64,000 nt of DNA from Octopus vulgaris (GCA_951406725.2 OX597820.1:44516001-44580000), one strand, 5' to 3'; shown: positions 39,173 through 53,285, counted from the first letter of the stretch. The notes: generated by a model from the sequence alone, not told the origin. Translations and numbers: made by a program.

Positions 39173-40164
39173 ATCTTACCTTATTTTCTTTTGGTATTTG
39201 TTTTTGTTTGTTTTTAGTTTCTCTTCTTTTTTGTTATTGTTATTGATGGTGGTTATGGTGGTGGTTATGGTGGTTTTGGCGGTTTTAATCTCAGTTCGGA
39301 CCGAACAAACTTATATCAAAGCGTTCCTACCACGACCGTTCTATATTTATTTTCAAACAGTCCAACCTATTTTACAGTATTTTACAATAACTTGCTCATT
39401 TTTTACGATGTTGATATGAGTTTTTGAGGACAATTTGGCGCTTAATTCTAGCATGTTATAGGAAGCAGCCACACGCTTTATTTGTTGGCGGACATGTTTG
39501 TTTTAACGAATTGCCATAGGATAACAGAAAAGACAATCGAATTCACGGTCTCAGTTTCGATCCCTATTTTATCCCTTATTCTATTTCTCTTCCCTTATAC
39601 ACTAACATCTTTAGAAACGAACCAGCCAAGGAGCCTCTCCATTGTGACTCGAAGTGCGAGTAATAGTAGCCAAACCACCTTCATATTACAACCTAATATC
39701 TTAAATAGTGATAAGGAGGTGAGCTGGCAGAATCGTTAGCACGCCGGTTAAAATGCTTAGCGACATTTCGTCTGTTTTTACGTTCTGAGTTCAAATTTCA
39801 CCGAGGTCGGACTTTACTTTTCCCCCGTTCAGGGCCGATAAAATAAGTACCAGCTGAGCACTGGTGTCAACATAATTGACTATCCCCGTCTCCGAACTTG
39901 CTGGCTTTGTGCCAAAATTTTTAAACCAATAACTTATATAACGAAATCATTCATTGCATAATGAAGTTCTAGATGCCACTGAAAAAGCGAATGGTCATGG
40001 CTGGAATGTCTTTAATCATAGATTTTCTTTGCCACGGTTTGGCTCGGGCTAAACAACAGCATCTTTAAAAGCGTCATGAACGTCACTGCTTCCCATATCC
40101 TCATCCTCTCCAAACATGTTTCCATAGTTATGTAACAATTGTCACTACACTATAGCGAGCGATT

Positions 40165-40235
40165 TAGTAGTAGTAGTAGTAGTAGTAGTAGTAGATTTAG
40201 TAGTAGTAGTAGTAGAGTAGTAGTAGTAGTAGATT

Positions 40236-40319
<84 letters not shown>

Positions 40320-40321
40320 AT

Positions 40322-40376
<55 letters not shown>
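40165..40376. repeat. (TAG)n microsatellite
   Basis: Directly visible. Confidence 0.98.
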
Positions 40377-42685
40377 CTACTGTTTAGGTTAACACTGAAC
40401 TAGTTTCCTTTCTTGTTCTCAATCTTTTCTCACTCGTCTCTCCACTTTCCTACTCTCTTGTTCTCTCGCTTTCTCTCTCTCTCTCTCTCTTTCTATCTCT
40501 CTCTCTCTCTTTCACTGCCTCTCCTCCCTTTCACCACTTACTCTCGCTGTGATCCAAATTGTCCATTCACTTCCCGTCAACCCATTCCACTTCTCCAAGT
40601 TTTCATTCGACTTCAATCCTACCAAGTAAACAGACATCTTAAATTCGGTATCGTGCATTTTTTTCTCCTCCTCTTGCCTCTTTTAATCCTTTTTCTTCCA
40701 ACTGATAAAAGGTTTTACTCGAAACATCAGATTCTCTTCTGTGTCTTCTTTTGGCGTATTTATCTTCGTTATACACTTGAGTATGGGTTTTTTTCACTCA
40801 ATTATTGTTTTCCGTAAACATTTTACAGACAATAGAGCTATTGTTATGTATTTCAGTATATTGCAGAACAACGCAATCTATATTACTGGATATTCATCAA
40901 AATGACGAAACAGTTCCTTATATTGAGCCCCATGTTTTTCCTCAGTCAAACCTCTCCAGAAGAAAGGGGAAAGGATCATTTGAAAGCACATCGTTGTTTT
41001 ATATAGTAGTGGGGCCGGTTCACAATTATCGGACTGAGGGCAAATGATTGGACGTCATGAAATCATTAGTGCAGCATTCGGTCCAGTCACCTTATGGGTA
41101 TACTTTGATTATAATAAAAATAGATATGCATTATTTGAACGCCCGTATACTGAAATTGAATGTTTAGGTTAAATAACATGATCCGATTAACTATCTGCAT
41201 TATAACAAGCTATTCGGCTCAAACGTCAAAACAATTATTTTCGTAAATCCAACGAAAACGTACTCCGGGCTAGTATTTCCGTTGTGAAATATAGCAAGAA
41301 CAGCAGGAATAACAATAAGACTTTTTCTTCAGTCAAATCACTTTGACAGCATTTCATCGGGAAGAAGCATAGAGAAGGGACGACGCAAAAATGCATTCCT
41401 AATATTTTTTGCCAAATTCTCAGATTCGATTGGACAACAACGACTCACTATGCTTATTAACACCGAATCATCTTCAAATTTTAACCATATTTCAGATTGC
41501 ATCAGCTACAATACTGCAATATGAAAAGGGATTTTTTTAGTCGTTTGCAATAATTTGTGTTCCTGAATTATTCTAGGACATGACTTTCTTAAAAAGCACG
41601 ACTTTGTTATATTTAAACTCGGAGGAGTTCAACATTTTTGTAAGCTAGTGACTTCTCGTATATTTTCCACCTATTCACACTTATTCGAAACCAACTGCGT
41701 GTAATTCACGCTGCTTTTTTCCACGTGATGAAATTTTATTAAGGAAAAGCGACCAAATAGCCTCTTCGTGTTAGCATTATTTGATCTTTCAGTTTCTCTG
41801 AGTCGAGCATAAATGATAGCAACAAAAAATAATGGTAAACAACGTTTTCTTTTCGACTATGTACAAATACGAAATTACAACTGCATTCTAGCTACATAAC
41901 CACTTTCTAATAATCAAGAACTTGTGTATGTTCTACTTCCTACGGTAAATTCTACATCAAACTACATCTGAAAGTAGCATACCATTAAATTCTGTCATCA
42001 CCACTACAACTACCACTACGCCACACACACTAACAATGAGAGCTATACGCTGCATTTCAACCACTGATGGCTTATTCTAGTTTACAGCATTACTCTTTGG
42101 TGTGACTACTGACGTAACTGCTTCTCAAAGAGCGAATGATGGTATAATTACCGACAATAATATCAAAGGAGTTCACGCCTATCCCGACATTATTGTCGAT
42201 GGTAGAACTATCGAGGAACACGATGGGAATTAAGCTCAATTTATTTCAGTTACTAGGAGACTCGAAAAGATATTGAGCATTGACAAATGTCTTCGCCAAA
42301 AGTCTATTTGCTGTTTGTTACTTCAGGTGAAAAATAGAATATAATTCCTAGCAATATGATTCAGAAAAGACTAAAAAACCTCGTTGTTTATTCGACACTG
42401 AGAAATGCTAAACCACTACTGCAATGGTTTACGTATCACTTTAAATGAGTATGTCTCCTTTCGCGGAACTAAGCGTGTCACATCAGCAAAGTGGAGGAAA
42501 GAGAATTTTTAAGTATGCAGTCTTAATATATCAATTGGGTCAATACAAAATTTGCGGGGGAAAGCGAAATGAATAGTCATTTTACTGCAAACCGTAAGGA
42601 GAAAAAATCGAAACGTACACACACACTCACACACACACACACACATACACACACATACACACACACGTGCACACTCACACACATA

Positions 42686-43574
42686 TGAGGTCTCATCAAT
42701 AAGCATCTGGACTGTTGCCATAATAACGAAGCTACGGCATGCAGAGTGAAGCTGCTTGGCACAGATTGACCGTGAACTCTGCTGTGCATTCGCACTAAGT
42801 TTTAACGTTCTAACTTACTTCTGCCTTTTTACAACAAAGCTCGGAAGGAAGGTGAGTAACGCGTGATCGTCGCATTGGCCATGACTGAGAAAGTTGTCAT
42901 GGTGATACCTGCTCAGAGGCCTACGCAAGCTTGCAGAAAGTGTATGGAGAGGAGTGTATGAGTCGCACACAAGTGTACGAGTGGTTTAGACGTTTCCAAG
43001 ATAGCCCAAAAAAAAATTTGTCGCTGTTGACGAACGTTCTGGGAGACCCGCAACCGACAGAACTGGAAAAACAACACAGATGTGCATGCAGCAGTGAGGG
43101 GAAATCGTCGAATCACCATCCATGAGATATCAGCGAATGCGCAGATTTGTTCAATCCATTATCACTGAAGATTTGTGTATGAGACGTGTGTCTACCAAGT
43201 TTGTGCCAAAACTGCTTTCAGCTGACCAAAAAGACACTCGGGTTTCAGTTGCACAAAATCTCCATGGTTGTATTGAGAACGATGAAAATTTTTTGAAAAC
43301 TCAGCGTAGGCCTCTGAGTAGGTATTGCCAAGCTTTTGACAACATTTGGTGTAGATTCTCTACCCAGCTTTTTTAGTCATGATCGATGCGACGATCACAC
43401 GCTACACACCTTTCTTCCAAGCACGGTTGTAAAAAGCAGAAGTGGGCTAGGACGTTAAGACTTAGTGCGCATGCACAGTAGAGTTCAAGATCAATGTGTG
43501 CCAAATGACTTCATTCTGCATGCTTTAGCTTAGTTGCTATAGCAACAGTCCGGATACTTATTGATCAGACAACG
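42686..43574 (+). mobile_element. Non-autonomous mariner with long inverted arms
   Basis: TA-flanked ends (T)GAGGTCTCATCAATAAG.ATC.GGACTG ... CAGTCCGGATACTTATTGATCAGACAACG. Internal translation LQKVYGEECMSRTQVYEWFRRFQD and IITEDLCMRRVSTKFVPKLLSADQK is a mariner transposase N-terminal half. Arms 42686-42926 / 43304-43574. Confidence 0.92.
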
Positions 43575-43613
43575 TATATATTTTACATATATTCATATAC
43601 ACTTAGAAACAGA

Positions 43614-43712
<99 letters not shown>

Positions 43713-44358
43713 TGTGGTTTTCTAACAGATGAAAGTATCGTCTGCACTGCCTGTTATTTCACTGCCTAACAATATTTTCCCTCATATAAGGTAATGCCAG
43801 TATATATTGGCTGGTCTTGTACTCAACAAGGAGTTTCTATATACTACTCGACCTTTTGCAAACAGCTGTCAAGCTTCCTCGAAATCACACCCTATCGCCT
43901 TAACTAAGGAATATATTTGACACTATAGTTTATTGATTATAATAAACAAAAAAAAATTATCGCAACCAGAACACCTTCCATCGTATGTCTGTTTGATCAG
44001 AGCTAATTTTCCTTACTTCCTTTACTTCGAAGTAAAAAGAGAACGTCTCTGCGGGATCAGTCGATCTCATCGAAAGAGCAGTCAGATTTCCCTCAAATCA
44101 CACCGTATTGCCTTAAGTAAGGAAAAGACACATTGAACAATATAACCCTATATGTACAAAAATACGAAATTATATACATTATCTAAACTAAGAGAGAGAA
44201 TTTCAATGTTTCTTTTAGTCCATATTATGGATGTCTCTCTTCAAACAACCGTTGTTGTTGTTCTTTTTTATCGTTGTTAATGCTCTTATTTTTATTGTTG
44301 TTATTATTTCTATTGTTTTTGTTGCTGTTTTTTTGTTTCTTTAGATAAAAATAACGGC

Positions 44359-44554
44359 ATGGGTTCAGAGATGTTTCTGCTGTATTTCATGTTAAGCCTC
44401 GCAAGTCTAGGACTAACATATCCCCATGGTGGCCCTGATTCGTCTTGTCAAACTATGTTACCAACTGGCCACGGTGTCCCTCCTCAATCATCTCCGGCAC
44501 CATACAAACTAACCATTCGAAAATCTTCGTTTAATCCAGGAGAAACTATTCCAG
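44359..44554 (+). CDS. Reeler-domain protein (putative defense protein / FRRS1-N-like), coding exon 1
   Basis: Long T-rich tract ending TTTAG (acceptor 44343-44344), ATG at 44359. Encodes MGSEMFLLYFMLSLASLGLT|YPHGGPDSSCQTMLPTGHGVPPQSSPAPYKLTIRKSSFNPGETIP, a signal peptide plus the typical Reeler start (YPxG-P-C-M-P-H-Q-PY). Donor G|GTAAAC at 44555, phase 1. Confidence 0.93.
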
Positions 44555-45219
44555 GTAAACATTACTACCGTTAGTTCACTGTTGCCTTTTCTTTTTTATC
44601 TAAAGTTTGTTTCTTATACGGGTGCAGGTGGGAGTGTGTGATGATAAGTTGTTTCAGGTTCGGTCTCACTGCATGGCATCTTGTGTAAGTGTCTTCTACT
44701 GAAGCCTCGGGCCGATCAAAACCTTGTGAATGGATTTGGTAGACGGAAACTGAGAGAAGCTCATCGTATATGCATATATATATGTGGTTGGGTGTATCGA
44801 TGTGTGTGTGTGTGCTTCTGAGTCTGTGTTTGTCCCCAAACAATGTTGTTATGTTTATGTCCCCCGTAATGTTCGACAAAAAAGAGATCAATAGAACAAG
44901 TACCAAGCTTTAAAATATATACTGGGGGGTTGATCTATTCGACTATAAATTCTTCCAGGTACTTCAGTATGGCCGCAGTATAATGACTGAAACAAGTAAA
45001 AGATAAAAGATATCTCTGCAGTGGCTATGACATGTAGTTCATTCCCTGATGAGACTAATGGTGTTATTCAGTGGAGTCTTAAAGCGTGGGAACACTGGGG
45101 TGTCAAGGGTTTAGGGGGCCAATATGTATACCTGTGGTTTGCTCTCAATAAACAAATACTATAGAACCTAGTGTGTTGATTTGCCCGGGCGCCTATAATG
45201 CTAAGACGACCCGACCTTC

Positions 45220-45870
45220 ATTGCCCAGCTTGAATATGTATAGATCAGTGATTGCGGAAGAAACGTGGGTGAGGAGAGAACCGAATGATTTGGCTCGAAT
45301 ATTTGCAGCAGCGTAGGTACCACTAAAGGTACCCAAAGACCAGGTTGTGATGTAAAACTGAGTAGTGTGTCAAACATTCTCTTCGGTTATACTTCCATTA
45401 CATCGCAGTGTCTTCTCCTATAGAACCTTTTGTCGATCATTGTTGTAAGGAGATGTACTTCACTTACTAAGCCCTTCGCTCCCAACGGATTTGAGGCTAT
45501 CGCCGACTTTCTCCGCTTTTCTCAACTCTCGGCTCACTTGGCTGTTTCTCTCCAGTTGAATCCCTGCTTTTACCTTTCGTATTCTGCAGCACGGTCTCTT
45601 ATGTTTCCCTGAGAGAGGGCCTTCCTCTCTCAGGTCTTGTGGGTTTTGCATTTTCATCGATGCTTCTGTAACTTTGTTTTTTCTATGTAGGAGTATTGCC
45701 CCTATCCAGACCCGATTTTTACCTCTGAGAAGAGGTAGTCCATATTAGTCTGGCCTCTATCTTTTGCAAAATCCTGCATGGGAGGCCCTAGTAGGAGTGT
45801 TTGCTCCCAGGTTCATTGAAACACACAAGCCACCAGACAGCAACAAGAGCTGGACCTTGTGATGGTATAA
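45220..45870 (-). mobile_element. Probable RTE (Expander/Rex3-like) LINE 5' fragment
   Basis: Minus strand GTGGCTTGTGTGTTTCAATGAACCTGGGAGC...CTAGGGCCTCCCATGC...GGCCAGACTAA resembles RTE 5' UTRs, recognised from memory only. Confidence 0.45.
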
Positions 45871-46992
45871 TCAAGTGTAGTTCTATGAAAATGACAAGCT
45901 GTTTGTTGACTTGAAGTATGAATTTTGTTTTGTTTGCAGAGAAAATTACCTAACAATAGACTAGTGCCTTATCCAGGATGGGATTTACCTGTAGCAATTA
46001 ATGTAAACCGATTATAGACACTAGCACTGGCCCAGGTAACTGAAATTCTTTTGAAGAGATTTTTGTTTACTTGTTAACTCTAGAAGAAGGGGCGGTGCCT
46101 CCATCCTGATACCAGTGAGCTTGACGCAGTTAATGTTCTGTTTAAGTGGTTGCAGGTCAACACTTGCAAGAAAGACATGATCATCGAAATTCCAAAGGGA
46201 CAATGTTATAAGGTGAAAGGGCTTGGAATAGAGGTATTGCAGGGTCAAGGGGATTGAATGCACCAAGTAACTAACGGTGGGAAGGCGAGTGGTCGGAGAT
46301 GCTCAAATCATAAATCCCTAAAGACACTTGTAGCAAGACCCAGATTTAAAACTATGAGAAGCAATTAATATCCAGCCCAATAACTGACTTAAATCGATCT
46401 ATGAACTCGAGCACGGCTGTGTTGTTAAGAAGTTTACTTTGCAATTACGAGATTTTGAGTTCAGTCCCCTGTACTCCAATTTGAACGGGTGTCTACTCAC
46501 ATCAATCAGACACTTGGGAGTAAAACGAAAACAACGAGGGAGCCCGTAAGAAGAATCGTTCTTATTTTGCGAGGTAACATTAAACATAAACTCATTTTAC
46601 TAACTTGATCCATTAACAAAGCCACCCGACCCATCGGTGCCTTTAGAGGAGTGCACTCTGTTGCAATCATTCGGGTTAGACCTCACCGTTGAGGACAACT
46701 TGTTTCTTTCCTCTTAGCACTCTCGGGGTCCTAAAAAAAAGGTCATGAATGCTCTCCTTCTTCTCTTTTTCTGGCTAATCTATATGCACAGAAGTGATTA
46801 CAAGTAGCCTAAGGTTTCTTTTTTAGAGAAAAGGAAGAAGTGGACAATGAAACGCCCATGCTTTCCCCCAGAACATAATCTGTTCCACCAGGAAATTGAA
46901 ACCGCGATGCATTTTCAACTTTCCAATATCTTGTACTTTGCTTTATATTGTTCGTCCAGATCGTTCTAAATGTCATCTTAAACTTTCTTCAG

Positions 46993-47141
46993 TTGTAATG
47001 AAAGCTGATAAGGACTACTTCACTGGAATCTATTTACAAAGCCATCCTGTAGTTTGTACACCGAACCAAACTATGCCCCTGGGGTTTTTCACAACATTTA
47101 CCAGAGAATTCCATACACGACATTGTTTTGGCATTGTACAC
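46993..47141 (+). CDS. Reeler-domain protein, coding exon 2
   Basis: Acceptor CTTTCTTCAG, phase 1 match. Encodes (V)VMKADKDYFTGIYLQSHPVVCTPNQTMPLGFFTTFTREFHTRHCFGIVH (Reeler F-G-LQ...G-F...C). Donor GTAAGT at 47142, phase 0. Confidence 0.92.
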
Positions 47142-49752
47142 GTAAGTAGTTTCTTTCTTATTATTACAATTATTATTAAGGTGGTCACCTGACAGAATCG
47201 TTGACACGTTGGGCAAAATGCTTAGCGGTATTTCGTCTGCCGTTACGTTCTGAGTTCAAATTCTGCCGAAGTCGACTTTGCCTTTCAACCTTTCGGGGTC
47301 GATTAAATAAGTACCAGTTACGCATTGAGGTCGATGTAACCGACTTAATCCGTTTGTCTGTCCTTGTTTGTCCCCTCTGTGTTTAGCCCCTTGTGGGTAG
47401 TAAAGAAATAAGTATTTCGTCCGTCTTCACGCTCTAAAGGAAGGCGAAAGAGAGGACGCCTTAAAAATAGCTAAGAGGCGGGATACTAAGGCAGAGCTAA
47501 AGAAAAAGAGCGGGAAACAACTAGAGAAAAGTAGAAGAGCCGGCCCGAAGTTGAAAACAGTAAAGAAAAGAAGTCGATAGCCTAAGCTCTATGGAGAGCG
47601 AAAGGCCTATTTCGATAAGTAATATAGGAATAGGAGTTCTCATATTGAAAACATTCTAGACGGAATAGGGTGTAATTAATTAGAGTAACATTAAAACCTA
47701 ACTAATTATTGTTTCTATTGATGAAAATCAAAAGTGACCTCAAGAAGATTTGAACGCAATATCTAATTACGTCTCTTGGTGTAACTAATCAATGAGACGT
47801 GCTCAAGGCTGCAAGCTGGCAGAATTGTTAACATGCCGGGCAAAATACTTAACGGCATTTCATCCGTTTTTTCGCTCTTAGTTCAAATTTCGCCGGGGTC
47901 GACTTTGCCTTCATCCTTTCAGGATCGATAAAATAAGTATCTGTTGAGTACTAGGGTTCAATGTAATCGACTCCCACTTCCCCTGAAATTGCTGACTTTG
48001 TGCCAAAATTTGAAACTAATACAAGACGTTTTTGTGTGCTATTCTTTAGATTCGCTCATACGATTCTCTAATAAATGAACCTATTGTTAATGCTTCAAAT
48101 AAAAGAACGAACAAACAGAACTTTATTTATTCAAAGATCTTGTGAGTTCGTGTTTAAATGAAGTTTTACTGTTTGAACTTTACCTGTCATGCAAATATGA
48201 TGATGTTAATTGAACGTGTCAACATGTCAAAAAAGGCTCGCCTCTGTCTTGTCACATGTAACTCTTTCCAAGGTGGGTTGTTAGTCTGATACCTACCGCT
48301 TACATCAAATCAATGAGAACGAAGAGATAACTGAGTAGATATGAGGTATTTGTATTTCCATCCATAAATCTGACCGTTAATATATCTTCGGCCGGGAGAA
48401 GACGATGGGAAACCACGCCAGTGTAATATTTCCTGTTGTCTCTACGTTGTTATCAGTTTTTCAGTGGTTGACCCACAACACTAACACGTTAGCAGAACTC
48501 TCTGATGGTGATGTATATATGTTTTGATATTAACCATTTTTGATGGTGATGATAATGGTGGTGGTGTATATTTTGATGTTCATTTTTGCTAGGTTTTCTC
48601 ATATTTCGTGGTGACCACGACACACTTTTCGAATTCATTATTCAAGCAAATGTCTCGACCCACTCATTTTAGTATCCGTATAGTTTAAACTTCTCTCCGT
48701 GGTGACGAAAGACTGAAGCCGTCCACATGAATCTGAAATAACATTATTGCATCTAATAAGATTCTACTGCTTTACAATTTATGCCACTCCATGCATAAAA
48801 GGTAACAGCGCATGCTTAACAGTTAATGTGTTCGGCTCAAAATCGTTCGTTAAGTCGTGGATGGTTCAATTCTCGGAACGGGTGGCGCCTTCTGTCCTTG
48901 AGAAAGTCACTTCATTCTAGGTTGCTCCAGCAGCAGCTGGGAGGATAACCTTGAACGTACAGGTGACTCGTTAAATTGGAATCATTTACTCCCAGCCTAA
49001 ACACCTTGACAATAAGTAAAGGCTCCAGCCTCATGAGTTTTCAGGTTTGAAAAAAATGGGCGTTTTTGGAGCGGGGGAAACTTTATGCGGGTTTTTTTTT
49101 TTAATAAATTAACTAATAAGATTACGAGGTTGTACTTGTTTAGCAAGTGATTTGGTTTGAATCATGTAGAGTTGAAAACGAAGCAGTAACGTCGTGGAAG
49201 AATTTATGATACCCACGGAAAAACACACATACACATATGCGTAAATGCATATACGGTTTGATGAACTTTTGTTTTACTTTCTTTATGTTCTGAGTTCAAA
49301 TCCCGCAGCAAAACTATCACACATAATTAAGTCAAATCACCTTGTCGTACGCCTACAGTTAAGCTACTGACTTAATTCCATTGTATCTTCACTACTGTGT
49401 CTTCAGTATTGTACCTTCAGTATTGTACGAAGTGTTAGGGGGTCACGTTGTGGATGTACAATGCAAATAATCTTTGCATTCTATAACAATACAACCAAGA
49501 AGTTTTTAAAAAAGTGAATGTAACAACACACATGCGTTTTAAATAGCTATTGTCATTGTAACGAAAAAATTTTAACCTAAATTATATCAGTACAGTAGGA
49601 CCTCACATATGTAATATTGTGAATCGAATAACTTCGACCAGCTATATTATCCATCCAAGTAATTAGTAAATAAAAACGCCCTCTGTTTACACTCTGAAAA
49701 AAAAACCAAAGTTAACCAAAGTAGTTCTTTAAAGCTAACTGGTTAAAGTAAT

Positions 49753-49795
49753 GGACATGTTTTGGTCATATTAGACCTCCTCAGAGAAGAATATT
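49753..49795 (-). ncRNA. Hammerhead motif with one core substitution
   Basis: Minus strand reads CTGAGGA GGTC taatat GACC aAAAC AT GTC (GAAA changed to AAAA). A further decayed relative lies at about 51390-51432. Confidence 0.4.
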
Positions 49796-50578
49796 CGACT
49801 CACTTAACAAGACAGAAGTTGATCTACATTACTGACTAAAAATTTCAATCAACTGAACTTAATAGTGTTGTTTCCCTTGTTTGCAATTTTTTTTTGTATT
49901 TTAAGCATTTTAAACTGGGTTTTTGTTTACTAATTGTTTGGATAATTTTATTTGGGTACCCTATTGTATTTGTTTTCAGTATGCGAAGCGCCAGCAGATG
50001 TATTTCCTTGTGTTTATGTAAAACCATATTAGACAAAATCATCAATTTAGATGCAAAAGTACAATAAATCCACTCACATGACTCAAACTACGTGGCTTTC
50101 ACCCAGCAAGCGACAAATACATGATTTGAAGAGATAAATACATGGTTCGACTCTTGGTCTGTTTGTCCTTTCTGTCTAAAATTGACGCTCATAGTATCTA
50201 ATATAATTTTTCTGGTGTCGCTTTGATAGCATTAATACGACGTGACTTGAGCCAACAGAGACGTAAAGACCTAGAAACCATCTTGAATTTCTCTTACAAG
50301 TACCAATCTGACTCTTAGTAATGTCTGATTGGAAGGACATCTTCTACGCGCCCACGAGACTTTAAAACATGAGGCACTGAGTCAAACTGTTATTAAATAT
50401 ACCATACCAAATGTATACCAAATTAAACTCATACCAAATGTATTGAATTTCTTCTTGAGTTTATTAAAGATATACACATCAGTGAAACTGCATACCTTTG
50501 CAAATATGTGTGCGAGTATATACGTACACATTTACATACAAATGTGTGAGTGTTATTCGTCTCTTTATTTTCTGATAG

Positions 50579-50670
50579 TCCACGGTGACCCAAGCCAACA
50601 ACAGAAAGAAAGTCCAAGAAACCGTTTATTGGACAGCGCCAGTTAAAGCAATTGGTCAAATCGTGTTCAA
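50579..50670 (+). CDS. Reeler-domain protein, coding exon 3
   Basis: Acceptor TTTATTTTCTGATAG. Encodes STVTQANNRKKVQETVYWTAPVKAIGQIVF(K), including the diagnostic WTAP motif. Donor GTAAGT at 50671, phase 2. Not in the ORF track in this frame. Confidence 0.92.
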
Positions 50671-50804
50671 GTAAGTCCTTCAATTTTGCATTCTATCTCT
50701 TCCCCACACCTTTCTCCATTTTAAAATCTGACATCTTATTTGTTTTATACATCCCACACTCTCTCTATCTCTGTCTCTATTACTCTCTTTCCCCCTCTCT
50801 CTCC

Positions 50805-50880
<76 letters not shown>

Positions 50881-50914
50881 GTATGTGTGTATGTGTGTGT
50901 GTGTGTGTGTGTGT

Positions 50915-51219
50915 GGAGGCGCAATGGCCCAGTGGTTAGGGCAGCGGGCTCGCGGTCGTAGGATCGCAGGTTAGATTCCCAGACGGGCGTTGTGAGTGTT
51001 TATTGAGCGAAAACATCTAAAGCTCCACGAGGCTCTGGCAGGGGTTGGTCGCGATCCCTGCGGTACTCTTTCACCACAACTTTCTCTCATTCTTTCTTCT
51101 GTTGGCCTGCTCGCTTAGCCAGCGGGGTGACGTCACATAAAGGCTAAAACATTGCGTAACGCATTGTGACCAGTGATGTGTAGCAACATCTGATACCCTG
51201 GTCAGTCACGGTGATCACG

Positions 51220-51222
<3 letters not shown>
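50915..51222 (+). mobile_element. SINE family C copy
   Basis: Colinear with 893-1186. Likewise lies between (TG)n and (TA)n. Confidence 0.9.
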
Positions 51223-51272
<50 letters not shown>

Positions 51273-51939
51273 CGGGCAGTTTCCATCTACCAAATTCTAT
51301 TTACAAGGATTTTGCTCGTAAGAATGGAGTAACCGACATTATTCACAAATTACGATATAAAATAAATATATAAGTAAAGGAGATAATTCAGGAAATATTT
51401 CGATTTTATTATGCCCTCATCGGCGAAGCATAGCGCTTGCCGCATTCGAGGTATTTAAAGTATTGATGAGAGAATGAGTTTCGAAGCAAAAGTACACTTG
51501 TTGGTGCAGAAAACAGAAATATTTTGAGAATAAATGAACGCTCAGAGTTGCCTCCCGTATATGTCGAGATAATTTAAGTTAACTCAGTCAATAGTTATCG
51601 CCATTACGTTATCGTATTTGTCGGTGTATAAGACGCACTGCCGCATATGACAAACCTCTCCCTTTTTGTGGAAAAACAAAAATATATTGTGGAAACGACA
51701 AATTTGATATGTTTCATTATATACCCCTACACTCGGTACTCCATCCGTAAATACGATCGTATTTGAAGCATGGCATGGCAATTTTTTGTTACTTTTCAAA
51801 ATAAAAACAAGCACGTCTTATATACCGGGATAAACGGCAGTTATAACTGTTTTGTCAATATCTATGCCCCGACCCATCCTGCTCAGTCGTACTACTCATA
51901 AGTGTGTGTGTGTGTGTGTGCGTGTATGTTTATTCTGTT

Positions 51940-52149
51940 ATTCTTTTACTTGTTTCAGTCATTTGACTGCGGCCATGCTGGAGCACCGCCTTTAGTCGAG
52001 CAACTCGACCCCGGGACTTATTCTTTCTAAGCCCAGTACTTATTCTATCGGTCTCTTTTGCCGAACCGCTAAGTGACGGGGACATAAACACACCAGCATC
52101 GGTTGTCAAGCAATACTAGGGGGACAAAAACAGACACAACACACACACG

Positions 52150-52221
<72 letters not shown>

Positions 52222-52597
52222 ATCCAAACAAGAAAACACAAAAAAACAAAAAAACACAACAACGCGAGGACGTGGAACAAATATAGTATTATTGGACGCT
52301 CAGGAAAGAAGGGAAGAAGGAGGGTTTAACGTTTCGAGCGGAGCTCTTCGTCGGAAACATAGGAGAAGGAAAGATCCCAAGAAGGGAAGACAGAGGAAAA
52401 AAAATCGCAAACGGTACTCACGAGGTCACATATATACGACGGGCTTCTTTCAGTTTCCGTCTACCAAATCCACTCACAAGGCTTTGGTCGGCCCGAGGCT
52501 ATAGAAGAAGACACTTGCCCATGTGCTACGCAGTGGGACTGAACCCGGAACCATGTGGTTGGTAAGCAAGCTACTTACCACGCAGCCACTCCTGCGC
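51940..52597 (-). mobile_element. SINE family A interrupted by a hammerhead-like insert
   Basis: SINE tail 51940-52150, (TA)n, foreign segment 52218-52430, SINE head 52434-52597. Confidence 0.88.
52218..52430 (-). mobile_element. Short PLE/retrozyme-like insert with variant hammerhead
   Basis: Minus strand reads gttt CCGACGA aGAGC tcc GCTC GAAAC GTTA aac, then TTCCTGAGCG..AATAATAC. The 3' end abuts (TA)n. Confidence 0.6.
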
Positions 52598-52904
52598 CTG
52601 TGTGTATTTATGCTTTTATACCTTTATTGATCCCAGTCCCTTGTACTCCAGCCATGCAGGGGTAGCGACTTTAAAAGCGTTGAGTAGAACAAATTGCCAC
52701 ACCTGTACTTATCCTTTAAGTCTCGAATACCTTGCTGAACCACTAGGTAACGAGGACAAAAACAAGCACAAAGACGCATGCATACATTCTGTGTGCTTGT
52801 GCGTGCATGCACATATGTATGGACAAAGCGAGAGAGAGAGATGGATGGATGGATGGATGGACATATATTATTTAGAGTAAGCACCTGCATACATACATGC
52901 ATAT

Positions 52905-53152
52905 ATATGATCGCCATGTTGATTCGCTAGCTTTTGCACGCATATTTTTTTCTCTCCTTCTTTCTGTGCTTTTTTTTCTCTGTGTATCTTTCTGTTGAAG
53001 AGCGTAGGCTCGAAACGTTAAAGACTTGTTTCATTTATATTTCCTGAGCGCCATACTAATACAATTGTTTGTTTGTATTCCACCTGCCTTCGTCTTTTGT
53101 TTATTTCCGTAAACCTGCCTTCGTCTTTTGTCTATTTTCATAAAGCTTACCG

Positions 53153-53153
<1 letters not shown>
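52905..53153 (+). mobile_element. Short PLE/retrozyme-like insert with variant hammerhead
   Basis: Reads tcttt CTGTTGA aGAGC gtag GCTC GAAAC GTTA aaga (52987-53024), then TTCCTGAGCG..ATACTAATAC. The 3' end abuts (TA)n. Confidence 0.6.
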
Positions 53154-53217
<64 letters not shown>

Positions 53218-53285
53218 CATACACTAACATATATATACTTATGTACATTCATATACATACATATATATACATACACATATATATA

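Noticed and set aside
45035-45095. Hammerhead-like CTGATGA GACT...AGTC (and CTGATAA...GAAACATC at about 40702-40728)
   Set aside because: The GAAA box, stem II or cleavage site is too degraded to call.
48465-48527. Possible alternative Reeler exon (TTTTCAG|WLTHNTNTLAELSDGDVYMF*)
   Set aside because: It is phase-compatible with exon 2 and has a TH motif, but it lacks WTAP, has no convincing phase-2 donor and hits a stop. Exon 50579-50670 fits far better.
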